Source: Spirochaetia bacterium
Lineage (GTDB): Bacteria; Spirochaetota; Spirochaetia; CAKZLE01
NCBI GenBank assembly: GCA_963677595.1
Contig: OY782041.1
Coordinates: 192,001-256,000, forward strand
Direction of reading: 5' to 3'
Length of the DNA: 64,000 nucleotides
Below are positions 31,466 through 40,277 of this stretch, one piece after another (position 1 is the stretch's first letter; every line of letters begins with the position of its first letter). The notes below the pieces were generated by a model that saw only the letters and a program-made list of their open reading frames with translations, made no database searches and was not told where the DNA came from. Position numbers and translations under genes: made by a program.

Positions 31466-32476
31466 ATGAATTCCCAAGTTGCCGCAAGGAGCCTGTCGCA
31501 GGTAAGTACGACCATTCTCGGCATGCTCATCGTGATCGCGCTCATCGAGGCCCTGGTCTTCTTGATCGGGAGAGTGCTCCTGCACCGCAGGAAGGTCATC
31601 GTCGCCATGCTGGTGACCCCTGCGATCATCGGGCTGGTCGTACTGATCGTCTATCCTATCATCTACGAGCTGGTACTCTCGTTCAGCAATATGAATCTCC
31701 GCCATTTCAAGGACCCGAGCTTCTCCCTAGCCAATGGTATCGAGAATTACATCAGGGTCTTCACGAAGCCTGTCCTGAAACAGGAGATGTTCTGGCCGGT
31801 ATTCTTCCGGACCATCCTCTGGACGCTGCAGGTCTTCATCCATGTTGCAGGCGGTATATTCCTCGCCCTGCTCCTCAACAGGCCGAGACTGCGGTTCAAG
31901 AACCTCTACAAGGGGATCCTCATCCTACCGTGGGCTATGCCCCAGGTCATCTCTGCCCTCACCTGGAGGGGAGAGTTCAACTTCCAGTACGGCTTCTTCA
32001 ACATCATCCTGACGAAGCTCGGGATGACGCCGATCCAGTGGAAGGCAGCCCCGGTCCCGAACTTCCTGGCCATGATCATGACGAATGTCTGGCTGGGGAT
32101 CCCGTTCATGATGGTCATCAGTCTCGGTGCACTGCAGAGCATCTCCTCTGAGTACTACGAGGCAGCTGACATGGATGGAGCGACCGGGTACACGAAACTC
32201 TCGAAGATCACCCTGCCCCTGATGAAACCGGTCCTCGCCCCATCGATCATGCTTGGGATCATCTGGACGTTCAACAATTTCAATATTCCATACTTCATCA
32301 ACGAGATGAAGCTGGAGAGTTCCGAGATCCTGATCACAGCCCTCTTCCGGGCAGCGTTCAACTTCAACCAGTATGGATTCTCGGCAGCCTTCGCTGTCGT
32401 CATCTTCCTCATCCTCTTCGGTCTGACCCTTCTCTACATCCGCTTGACCGGAGCCCTGAAAGGAGTCACCGAATGA
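31466..32476 (+). CDS. Carbohydrate ABC permease (MalF-like)
   Basis: ILPWAMP; EAADMDGA loop; FNNFN. Confidence 0.9.
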   Translation: MNSQVAARSLSQVSTTILGMLIVIALIEALVFLIGRVLLHRRKVIVAMLVTPAIIGLVVLIVYPIIYELVLSFSNMNLRHFKDPSFSLANGIENYIRVFTKPVLKQEMFWPVFFRTILWTLQVFIHVAGGIFLALLLNRPRLRFKNLYKGILILPWAMPQVISALTWRGEFNFQYGFFNIILTKLGMTPIQWKAAPVPNFLAMIMTNVWLGIPFMMVISLGALQSISSEYYEAADMDGATGYTKLSKITLPLMKPVLAPSIMLGIIWTFNNFNIPYFINEMKLESSEILITALFRAAFNFNQYGFSAAFAVVIFLILFGLTLLYIRLTGALKGVTE

Positions 32477-33312
32477 ACCCGCTGAGAAAGAGAAACTACG
32501 GGAACACCCTGGCACACGTGATCCTGATCCTTGCCTGCCTGATCACCATCTACCCGATCCTGCGCATCGTGACCGTGTCGCTGAGGCCGGGAAGCCGGCT
32601 GCTCTCGACCTCGTTACGGATCATCCCGGAGGATGCCTCCTTCCAGAACTATCGGGCGGCACTCACAGAGCATGATTTCTTCCTCTGGATCTGGAACAGC
32701 TTCATCGTGACCATCGCGACCGCCTTCATCGGCCTGGTCATCTCCTCTACGTCGGCCTATGCCCTCTCGAGGTGGAAGTTCAAGGGCAGGAATGCCATGC
32801 TGATCTTCCTCCTGGCGACCCAGATGATCCCTGCAGCCATGCTGATGGTCCCCCTCTACCTGCTTGCCGCGAAACTGAACCTGATCAACACCTACCGGGG
32901 TATCGTCGTGGCCTATTCGGTACAGGCGATACCGTTCAGCATCTGGGTGCTCAAGGGGTATTATGACTCGATCCCGAAGACGCTCGAGGAGGCGGCCATG
33001 ATCGATGGTTCGACACCGATGTACACCTTCTGGAAGATCATCCTTCCCCTAGCTGTACCAGCACTGGCGATCGCCTTCCTCTTCAACTTCATGAACTCCT
33101 GGAATGAGTTCATGCTTGCCAGGATCATGCTGCCGAAGGGCGACATGTTCACCTGGCCGCTGGGCCTCCAGGCACTGCAGGGACAGTTCAACACCAACTG
33201 GGGCATCTACGCCGCATCATCGGTGATGATCTCGATCCCGGTGGTCGCATTGTTCCTCTACTCCTCGAGATGGCTCGTCTCAGGATTGACAATCGGATCG
33301 GTAAAAGGGTAA
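32473..33312 (+). CDS. Carbohydrate ABC permease (MalG-like)
   Basis: EEAAMIDG; WNEF; GSVKG C-terminus. Confidence 0.9.
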   Translation: MNPLRKRNYGNTLAHVILILACLITIYPILRIVTVSLRPGSRLLSTSLRIIPEDASFQNYRAALTEHDFFLWIWNSFIVTIATAFIGLVISSTSAYALSRWKFKGRNAMLIFLLATQMIPAAMLMVPLYLLAAKLNLINTYRGIVVAYSVQAIPFSIWVLKGYYDSIPKTLEEAAMIDGSTPMYTFWKIILPLAVPALAIAFLFNFMNSWNEFMLARIMLPKGDMFTWPLGLQALQGQFNTNWGIYAASSVMISIPVVALFLYSSRWLVSGLTIGSVKG

Positions 33313-33343
33313 GAATGGATTCTATAGGATAACAGGCACGTTT

Positions 33344-34351
33344 ATGAGTATAACGATCAAGGAAGTAGCAGAATACGCAGGGGTCGCCCCCTCGACGGTG
33401 AGCAGGGTGGTCCACAACAACCCGAAGATCAGCCTCGAGACCCAGGAGAAGGTCAGGGAGGCGATGAAGGTCCTCGGCTACCACCCCAATGCAGCGGCAC
33501 GCTCATTAGCACGGGGAAGGACCCACACACTCGGTCTCATCATCCCCAACTCAGCGGAGGACCTCTTCACAAAACCCTTCTTCATCATGGCGATGCGGGG
33601 GTTGAGCATCGAAGCCCAGAAACGCGGCTACAACATCATGTTCTCCTTCTCCAGCAGCGCCGAGGAGGAGGTCTCCTTCCTGAAACAGTTCATACGGCAG
33701 AACATCGTGGACGGGGTCATCCTCATGACCTCGAGCCGGGATGACAAGTGCATGGCATACCTCGAGGAGAAACGGTGCCCCTACACGGTCATCGGCCGTC
33801 CGGAGAGCAGGTTCGAGCATGCACTCTGGGTCGATAATGACAACTTCCAGGCCATGTACAACCTGGTCTCCAACCTGCTCCAGAAGGGGCTGCGAAGGAT
33901 CGCCCTCCTCGGGGGGCCACAGCAGTTCAGCGTAACACAGAACCGTCTCCGTGGCTACCAGGAGGCGCTGAGGACCCATGGGATCACGATCGATGAGGAC
34001 CTCATCTGCCTCGCCGGGACCTACCGGGAGGTCGAGGGGTACCAGGGGATGAAGACTGTGAGCCAACGGACCTCCTTCGACTCGGTGATCGCGACCGATG
34101 GGTTCATCGCACTCGGAGCCCTGGACTACCTCAAGGAACATGATGCGATGGTCCCCATAGCCGGGTTCAACAACACGACCCGCAGCCAGTGCAGCTCCCC
34201 GCCGCTCACGACGGTCGACATCCAGCCGGAACTGCTCGGCAGGCGTGCGGCAGCCCTCCTGATCGACCACCTCAGCGGGATCGAGCATGCTCCCCGCTAT
34301 GCGATCGTGGACACGATCCTCATCGAGCGGGAATCGACCCTCTCCCTGTAG
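33344..34351 (+). CDS. LacI family regulator (MalR-like)
   Basis: TIKEVAEYAGVAPSTVSRV; YHPNAAARSL; WVDNDN. Confidence 0.94.
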   Translation: MSITIKEVAEYAGVAPSTVSRVVHNNPKISLETQEKVREAMKVLGYHPNAAARSLARGRTHTLGLIIPNSAEDLFTKPFFIMAMRGLSIEAQKRGYNIMFSFSSSAEEEVSFLKQFIRQNIVDGVILMTSSRDDKCMAYLEEKRCPYTVIGRPESRFEHALWVDNDNFQAMYNLVSNLLQKGLRRIALLGGPQQFSVTQNRLRGYQEALRTHGITIDEDLICLAGTYREVEGYQGMKTVSQRTSFDSVIATDGFIALGALDYLKEHDAMVPIAGFNNTTRSQCSSPPLTTVDIQPELLGRRAAALLIDHLSGIEHAPRYAIVDTILIERESTLSL

Positions 34352-34355
34352 GGGA

Positions 34356-34799
34356 TCACAGCTCCTTTCCGGTGACACGCTCGGCAGCCAGCTTCCAGAC
34401 CCGTACAGCCTCGACAGCTTCAGGAGTGAACTCCCAGGCCTCATCTGAGTAGTGGGCCATGATGCGGGACAACGCTTCCACCTTCCCCGTATAGCCTGTC
34501 ACCTCTGAGACCTGCCCGTACCCGATGACACTCCTTCCGGACATACCCCAGCCGCAGGGAGCTTTATCATGCGGCTGCAGCCTTACATCCTGCTCCATCT
34601 CGAAGCAGACGGTCCCCCCGCCCTCGAGGTAGGCGATCTTCCTGCCCTCACGTGCCGTGTGGAAATAGATATGCGACCCGTCGTACCCGTAGTTCAGCGG
34701 GATGATATACGGGAGGGATCCTGCAGAAACAGCGAGCCGCATGACCTCTGCCCCCCTGATCACCTCATCGATCCGTGCACGATCCCTGATCTCTTTATT
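34356..34799 (-). pseudogene. 3' part of pyridoxamine 5'-phosphate oxidase / NimA-like flavin-binding gene interrupted by IS110 after codon 4
   Basis: Reads NKEIRD...PYIIPLNYGY...IYFHTAREGRK...VTGK. Joining to ATG AGA AGA GCA at 36392-36381 restores a 151-aa ORF beginning MRRANKEI. Confidence 0.85.
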
Positions 34800-34809
34800 T
34801 GTCTGTAGA

Positions 34810-34815
34810 TGTCAA
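34810..34815 (-). promoter_or_regulatory. IS right-end -35 box (TTGACA); pairs with left-end -10 TAGTAT (36373-36368) at 17-nt spacing only in the circle
   Basis: Junction sequence TTGACA-tctacagaCAgagaaag-TAGTAT. Confidence 0.85.
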
Positions 34816-34930
34816 GGGGTATAAACAAGAAAGTTTTGGCAATTCAAATAGACACAATTCTCCGAGACCTTAAAAATAAGGACTTGCGTGGGGAGGTGGT
34901 TAGTGATAGGCTAAAACCGTTAGATTGGCT

Positions 34931-36100
34931 TTAGCTGGTTATTGAGCTCTTATCGGAATTAATCTGCCAGGATCGGGTTCCGACGAGAGCTTCAAGTTTA
35001 TAGTATTGCAGTTTCTTCAACAGATACTGTTCCCCGTCAGGCATCCGGTAGATGTCACCGTTCTTCAGCAGAGCGAATCCGATAGAGAGCATCTTATTAG
35101 CAATGGCAACTGATGCTTTCTGACCAAGCTTCCGTCGGCTCTCAAGACGCTGCCAGTACCGAGTAAGAGAACAATCTCTCCTAAAGCTCTTGATCCCCCA
35201 GGCTCCCTGCATGATGTGCCTCCTGATCGGCATACACCCGTGACGAGAGACCCCGAGCTGCTTATCGACCGTCCCAGATTGATCCTTCTTCGGGATGAGA
35301 CCGATATAGTTCCTCAGTTGGTTAGCAGAAGAGAATCGGTCTCCATTACCGAGGAAGGCAATGAGCGTTACAGCCGTGATGTCTCCGATGCCAGGGATCG
35401 AGAGCCAGGAAAGAGCTTCTCGTGGATGAGCGAGAATGATCTCCTTGAGCTTCTCATGAATACGTTCCATCTGCGACTCCAATGATTCAAGCTCTTCGAG
35501 CAGGAGCCCTGCACTGAATAGAGCTATCTCCTCGGCGAGTAGGGTCTCCACCCAGGCCCGTCGCTTGCGAGGATCCTTCAGATCCGATTTCTTCAGGTCA
35601 GGGAACCCCATTCCCGTGAATACCGCATGAAGCTTGTTGATGACCTTCGTACGATACTGAGCATAGGCGATGTGAAGTTTGACTACTGAGCGCTCAGCAG
35701 ATTCCTGTTCAGTCGGGATGGGAACCAGTACCCAGTTCTCAGGATGGGCATCCCGTGCATACTTAGCCAATTTTGCAGCATCTTGCCGATCTGTCTTGCA
35801 GATCGACTCGAAGATGATATGCAGTTTCATGGGGTTGAGTACATACACGTCTGCTTCGGTGTGCTTCAGCAGATACCGTGCGAGGTTGAAGGAAGATGTC
35901 CCTCCCTCCATAAAGATCGCATCTCCTGCTTTGAACCGTTCAGCGAGTCGCTGACGTCCTTGAGCATTCATCTTCTCGTTGAAGAAGTGATTCTTCATGA
36001 ACCCTTCTTCTGCTAGCAGCATACACCCAACCAGAGTCTTCTTGGAAAGATCCAAGCCGATGATCCTGGTTGCCGTCAATCGTAAAGGTCTGTCTATCAT
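34931..36100 (-). CDS. IS110 family transposase/recombinase (RuvC-like DEDD plus Tnp domain)
   Basis: IGLDLSK, FMEG, KTDRQDA (DEDD); SIPGIG; YIGLIP..DQSG catalytic serine; GAGGAGG RBS. Confidence 0.95.
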   Translation of the reverse strand: MIDRPLRLTATRIIGLDLSKKTLVGCMLLAEEGFMKNHFFNEKMNAQGRQRLAERFKAGDAIFMEGGTSSFNLARYLLKHTEADVYVLNPMKLHIIFESICKTDRQDAAKLAKYARDAHPENWVLVPIPTEQESAERSVVKLHIAYAQYRTKVINKLHAVFTGMGFPDLKKSDLKDPRKRRAWVETLLAEEIALFSAGLLLEELESLESQMERIHEKLKEIILAHPREALSWLSIPGIGDITAVTLIAFLGNGDRFSSANQLRNYIGLIPKKDQSGTVDKQLGVSRHGCMPIRRHIMQGAWGIKSFRRDCSLTRYWQRLESRRKLGQKASVAIANKMLSIGFALLKNGDIYRMPDGEQYLLKKLQYYKLEALVGTRSWQINSDKSSITS

Positions 36101-36124
36101 GGCAGCCTCCTCAAAATAAAATTA

Positions 36125-36368
36125 ACGGATAGTTGGGAAGCTTTATGACAGGAAGTGCGTAGATGTCCTTCATTTTTATTATTGAGATCATTCCCGGGGA
36201 GAATTCCCCGGGAAGTCTCCAAGTAGTCTTCGATGACCGGTCAGTGTATCTTTCTCATTGAGGTATGTCTGGCAGTCCAGCATCCATCACAATAGATCAT
36301 TACACGATCACCGGTTCCCATTCTCCGTCAAGAATAGGATAGCATCTATGACTTCTCAACTACAGTCA
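36125..36368 (-). ncRNA. IS110 bridge/seek-type guide RNA with target-binding and donor-binding loops (ends approximate)
   Basis: Guides GAUCUAUU (36298-36291) and AUGAGAA (36258-36252) match target flanks. ACUACUU (36227-36221) and GACAUCUAC (36167-36159) match the circle junction. All lie in internal loops between stems. Confidence 0.8.
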
Positions 36369-36380
36369 TACTACTTTCTC

Positions 36381-36392
36381 TGCTCTTCTCAT
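36381..36392 (-). pseudogene. 5' stub (MRRA) of the IS-interrupted gene, with leaderless promoter upstream
   Basis: TTGAAA-16-TATAAT-N7-ATG AGA AGA GCA, then the IS left end. Confidence 0.8.
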
Positions 36393-36666
36393 ATGCATGA
36401 TTATACCTGCGGCGTAGTTCTTTTCAACTGCAGGCGTACATGATCTCCATAAACCCTCCGATATTCATCAACATAATTAGTTGCATTGCTATTTATTCTG
36501 GGCTAGAATAAATTATATAGAATAACAAAAAAAGGCAGATCAACTATGGTGTATGTTTCTTTGTGTCAGACAATACTGCTTCGTATCCTTTTTTCGATTC
36601 GTCAACAACCCTTCAGCGACCGGTGTACCACGACACGCATACAGCCACCCCTAGAGGGGGTGCTGC

Positions 36667-37491
36667 ATGGGTAAGCCTGTCCACAAATACATCAGCCTCC
36701 TCTTCGGGATCGCCGGCATCCTCAACTTCCTCTCCACCTTCTTCGGGACGGTGACCGACTGCCCCTTCTGCAGCGGCTATGAGCTCAGGTGGTGGAGCTA
36801 TCCCCTCCTCGGAGTCGGGATCTACTTCCTGTGGACCTACTTCTGCACACGTGAACGGGTAGTCCTGAGCCTGCAGGATAAGACCGTGACAGTCAACATG
36901 TCCGTGATCATCCAGTATTCACAGTTCGGGTTCATCTACCTGATCTCGATCTTCGTGGCGTTCCACCCGCTCCACAACAACTTCACGATGGAACTGCTCT
37001 TCCTCGCCCTGCTGCTCGGGCTGCGGTACCAGCTGATCAAGATCCGGGGGAGCATCTTCATGGGGGTCACCACCTCCATTGCCTTTGAGTTTGCTGCCTT
37101 CCAGAACGGCACACCCCTCGACGGGCTGTATGTGCTGATCTTCGCAGGAGCCATCATCTTCGTCCTGCTGCTCATCCACATGGACTTCCTCAAGATCGAC
37201 TCAAGCATGCATGAGCGGATCCTCCATGTGGAGACGCGCCTGAACCAGTACGAAAAGGAAACCCTCGACCCGGGGGACTTCCCGTTCACCCCCAGGGAAC
37301 TGGACGTCCTGAAGGCCCTCTGCCTGACGCACGGCTCCAACAGTGATATAGCTAGCGGTCTCGGGATCAAGGAACAGACGGTCAAGGGGCACCTGAAGAA
37401 CATCTTCGACAAGGCAGGGGTCGATGACCGACACCAGCTCGTCGACCTCTTCAGGCATGCCTTCATCATGGATGACGACCTTGACCATTAA
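36667..37491 (+). CDS. Membrane-bound LuxR-type HTH regulator
   Basis: About 6 TM helices, then FTPRELDVL...SNSDIASGLGIKEQTVKGHLKNIFDK. Confidence 0.88.
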   Translation: MGKPVHKYISLLFGIAGILNFLSTFFGTVTDCPFCSGYELRWWSYPLLGVGIYFLWTYFCTRERVVLSLQDKTVTVNMSVIIQYSQFGFIYLISIFVAFHPLHNNFTMELLFLALLLGLRYQLIKIRGSIFMGVTTSIAFEFAAFQNGTPLDGLYVLIFAGAIIFVLLLIHMDFLKIDSSMHERILHVETRLNQYEKETLDPGDFPFTPRELDVLKALCLTHGSNSDIASGLGIKEQTVKGHLKNIFDKAGVDDRHQLVDLFRHAFIMDDDLDH

Positions 37492-37548
37492 GGGAATCAA
37501 ACGTTCCGAAGCTGCAGATACGTGCTATACTGACAGGAGGAGTAAGAC

Positions 37549-38376
37549 ATGGAAGATGATCGATTCAAGACAGTCAGCCTGATCTACGGTATCATCGGTA
37601 TGCTCACCTGCATCATGCAGGTGGTCACGGTCATGACAGAGACGGACCTTGGCGATGAACACACACTGGCCTGGTGGTGGTACATGATCCTCATTATCGG
37701 GATCTTCTTCCTCTGGATGGCCTTCAAGAAACGGGGCACCTACTCCATCACCCTGTTGGGGAAGACCATCAAGATCAACCTCTTCCGCATCACGAAGGTT
37801 CTGCATTTCGTCGTGATGTATATCTTCTCCGTAGTGGAGATCAACGCTGACCATACGAGCCAGTACGGCATGATGATGCTGTTCATCTCCCTCATGATGG
37901 GGATCAAGTACCGGCTGATCCGAAAGCGGGGGATCATCATCTGCCTGATCATCTTCGCAGCCTCGCTCGAGACGGGTGCAGTCCAGGCAGGGTATCCCTT
38001 CCGGGCAGTCTACACCTTCATCTTCGCAGGGTTCTACTTCGGTATCCTGAGCGTCCTCTATACCGATGAACTGCGGAAATACTTCACCCTGGCAAAGAAC
38101 TTCCATGAGAAACTCCTATCGGTAGAGGAGAAGCTGAAGAAGTATGAGGGTCAGACCTTCGACCCGGAGGCCTTCCAGTTCACTCCCAGAGAGAGGGAGA
38201 TCCTGAGTATCCTCTGCACCACGCACGGCACCAACCAGGAGATCTCAGACCAGCTTGGGATCAAGGTCCAGACCGTGAAGACCCATATAAAGAACATCTT
38301 CGACAAGGCAGGGGTCGATGACCGGCATCAGTTGATCGATCTCTTCAAGCATTCCTACATCCAGGATGAGACGTAA
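37549..38376 (+). CDS. Membrane-bound LuxR-type HTH regulator (paralog of previous gene)
   Basis: About 6 TM helices, then FTPREREIL...TNQEISDQLGIKVQTVKTHIKNIFDK. Confidence 0.88.
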   Translation: MEDDRFKTVSLIYGIIGMLTCIMQVVTVMTETDLGDEHTLAWWWYMILIIGIFFLWMAFKKRGTYSITLLGKTIKINLFRITKVLHFVVMYIFSVVEINADHTSQYGMMMLFISLMMGIKYRLIRKRGIIICLIIFAASLETGAVQAGYPFRAVYTFIFAGFYFGILSVLYTDELRKYFTLAKNFHEKLLSVEEKLKKYEGQTFDPEAFQFTPREREILSILCTTHGTNQEISDQLGIKVQTVKTHIKNIFDKAGVDDRHQLIDLFKHSYIQDET

Positions 38377-38382
38377 GGAGGA

Positions 38383-39645
38383 TCAGTAAACTAACTCCTG
38401 GCATCGGAGGAAGAACCGCTCATCCCCGAAATTCCCTGACTTGAGAGCCAGGCTGACATCACGGTCCACCGCCCGGATCCAGGGGACTCCCGGGGCGATC
38501 TGCTGGCCGATATAGAAACTCCTGACCCCTAAGACCTGTACGACCTTCCCGGAGGTCTCCCCGCCCCCGATGATAAGCTTCTTCACTCCCCCGTCGACCA
38601 GCCTGCTCGCGACAGCCGAGAACAGCAGTTCGATCCGCTCCCCGAGCCCCTCGCCATAGGCCTCCCGGTTACACTCGATGACATCCGGCAGGGCTGTTGA
38701 ATAGATCATCGGGGCATGCGCATCGTCGGCATGGTCCAGCAGCCAGGTGACAAGCTCATCTTCATACGAAGGGTTATGGATTACTGCTTCAGGATCGACG
38801 AATCTCGAGGCGGCGAGCTGCCGGTAGAAGTCTACCTGGCGGTTCGTCATGACCGAACATGACCCGGAGATGATGGCCGAAGGCCCTCTGGACGGTCTCC
38901 AGGAGTCATGGACGGTAGGCGTATCTCCATGTTCGCTTGACCACGCCCTGACCAGCCCCCCGATGAGGGCTGACCCGCCGGTGATGAGCACCTCATCTCT
39001 GCAGGCTGAGCCGATCGTATCGATATCGTCATCAGTCAGGCAGTCCGGGATGATATACCGGATACCTTCTGAGCGCAGCTTCATGATATCAGTCTTCACA
39101 GCCTCCACGCCGTCCCAGACATGCTCGATGAAGATATTCCCCGACTTCCCCCTCGACTGGGCATCCATGATGCGTGAGAGGGAGGGATCCCGCATCGGGG
39201 TCACAGGATGGTCCTTCATCCCCGAATCACTCAGGAGCTCATTCCCGGCAAAGAGGTATCCCTTATAGACGGTGCGGCCGTTGACCGGGAAAGCCGGGCA
39301 GATCACGGCATGGTCTGCCTCCAGCGCATCAAGCAGGGCATCAGTCACCGGTCCGATGTTCCCCTTCGGCGTGCTGTCGAAGGTCGAGCATACCTTGAAG
39401 TAGAACCGCGAGCAGCCCTGTCCCTGCAGCCAGGCAAGGGCTGCCAGGGACTGGTTGATCGCTTCTCCTGCGGGGCAGGAGCGGCTCTTCAGGCTGACCA
39501 CATAGGCATCAGCCTCTGCCGCAAGATCCCCATCCGGAACCCCGGCAGTCTGTATCGTCTGCAGCCCGCAGCCTGCAAGAATCCCCGCGATATCGGTCGC
39601 TCCCGTGAAATCATCTGCGATGACCCCGATCCTGTGTTTCATCAT
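38383..39645 (-). CDS. otnK: Four-carbon acid sugar kinase (DUF1537; 3-oxo-tetronate kinase-like)
   Basis: GVIADDFTGATD, FKVCSTFDST, GSCS, GGETSG, LKSGNFG. Confidence 0.85.
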   Translation of the reverse strand: MMKHRIGVIADDFTGATDIAGILAGCGLQTIQTAGVPDGDLAAEADAYVVSLKSRSCPAGEAINQSLAALAWLQGQGCSRFYFKVCSTFDSTPKGNIGPVTDALLDALEADHAVICPAFPVNGRTVYKGYLFAGNELLSDSGMKDHPVTPMRDPSLSRIMDAQSRGKSGNIFIEHVWDGVEAVKTDIMKLRSEGIRYIIPDCLTDDDIDTIGSACRDEVLITGGSALIGGLVRAWSSEHGDTPTVHDSWRPSRGPSAIISGSCSVMTNRQVDFYRQLAASRFVDPEAVIHNPSYEDELVTWLLDHADDAHAPMIYSTALPDVIECNREAYGEGLGERIELLFSAVASRLVDGGVKKLIIGGGETSGKVVQVLGVRSFYIGQQIAPGVPWIRAVDRDVSLALKSGNFGDERFFLRCQELVY

Positions 39646-39750
39646 CTCCACCTTCCTGGACCCCATTATGCCCGGTGATTGCGGGAACGGCAAGACGATC
39701 TCACACCTCAATCGTTCAGATTCTCCACCTGTCATGGTATAATCACTGGT

Positions 39751-40128
39751 ATGAGACGAATCGGAATCTTTGCGATCATCATAGGTACGGGTATCATCCT
39801 GCTCTGGGGGTTCCTGCTTGCCGCAGGTGGAGTTCCCGAGATCAGGACCGCCCCGGTGAGTATCACCTTCCACCTGATAGCGGAACTCCTGATGGGGACA
39901 GCATCCCTGACCAGCGGGATCCTGATCCTGCAGGGCATACCAGCAGGCACCTATACCTATCTCATCACCAGCGGGATGATCATCTACTCGGTCATAAACT
40001 CTTCAGGCTATTACGGGGATACCGGGGAGTGGGTGATGGTGGCTATGTTCATGGTAATCCTCATCTCCACCCTGGTCACTGATACCATGCTGCTGAATCG
40101 CATCTTTCAGGCTGGGAAGGACCGATAA
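39751..40128 (+). CDS. Small four-TM membrane protein
   Basis: Hydrophobic helices; FHLIAE; YSVINSSGYY; TATAAT 7 nt before ATG. Confidence 0.7.
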   Translation: MRRIGIFAIIIGTGIILLWGFLLAAGGVPEIRTAPVSITFHLIAELLMGTASLTSGILILQGIPAGTYTYLITSGMIIYSVINSSGYYGDTGEWVMVAMFMVILISTLVTDTMLLNRIFQAGKDR

Positions 40129-40153
40129 AAAAACCTCATCCGAAGATGAGGTC
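40127..40153. terminator. Terminator downstream of tRNA-Phe
   Basis: ACCTCATC-CGAA-GATGAGGT hairpin with U-tract on the minus strand. Confidence 0.8.
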
Positions 40154-40226
40154 TGCCGCCGAACAGAATTGAACTGTTGACACGTGGATTTTCAGTCCAC
40201 TGCTCTACCGACTGAGCTACAGCGGC
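40154..40226 (-). tRNA. tRNA-Phe (GAA); CCA not encoded
   Basis: GCCGCTGTAGCTCAGTCGGTAGAGCAGTGGACTGAAAATCCACGTGTCAACAGTTCAATTCTGTTCGGCGGCA folds as a cloverleaf. Confidence 0.97.
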
Positions 40227-40277
40227 ATGTCGTTGTCTTGACGACAAGAGAATGTATATAATTTGAGCGGGAAATTG

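Larger units (their letters stand above)
34802..36380 (-). mobile_element. Complete IS110-family insertion sequence, 1579 bp between CA cores (plus-strand TG at 34800-34801 and 36381-36382)
   Basis: DEDD transposase, no terminal inverted repeats, long non-coding left end, junctions defined by reconstruction of the interrupted ORF, lower GC than flanks. Confidence 0.92.

Noticed and set aside
40129-40277. tRNA-Phe as an integration site
   Set aside because: No integrase and no duplicated tRNA 3' end in the window.
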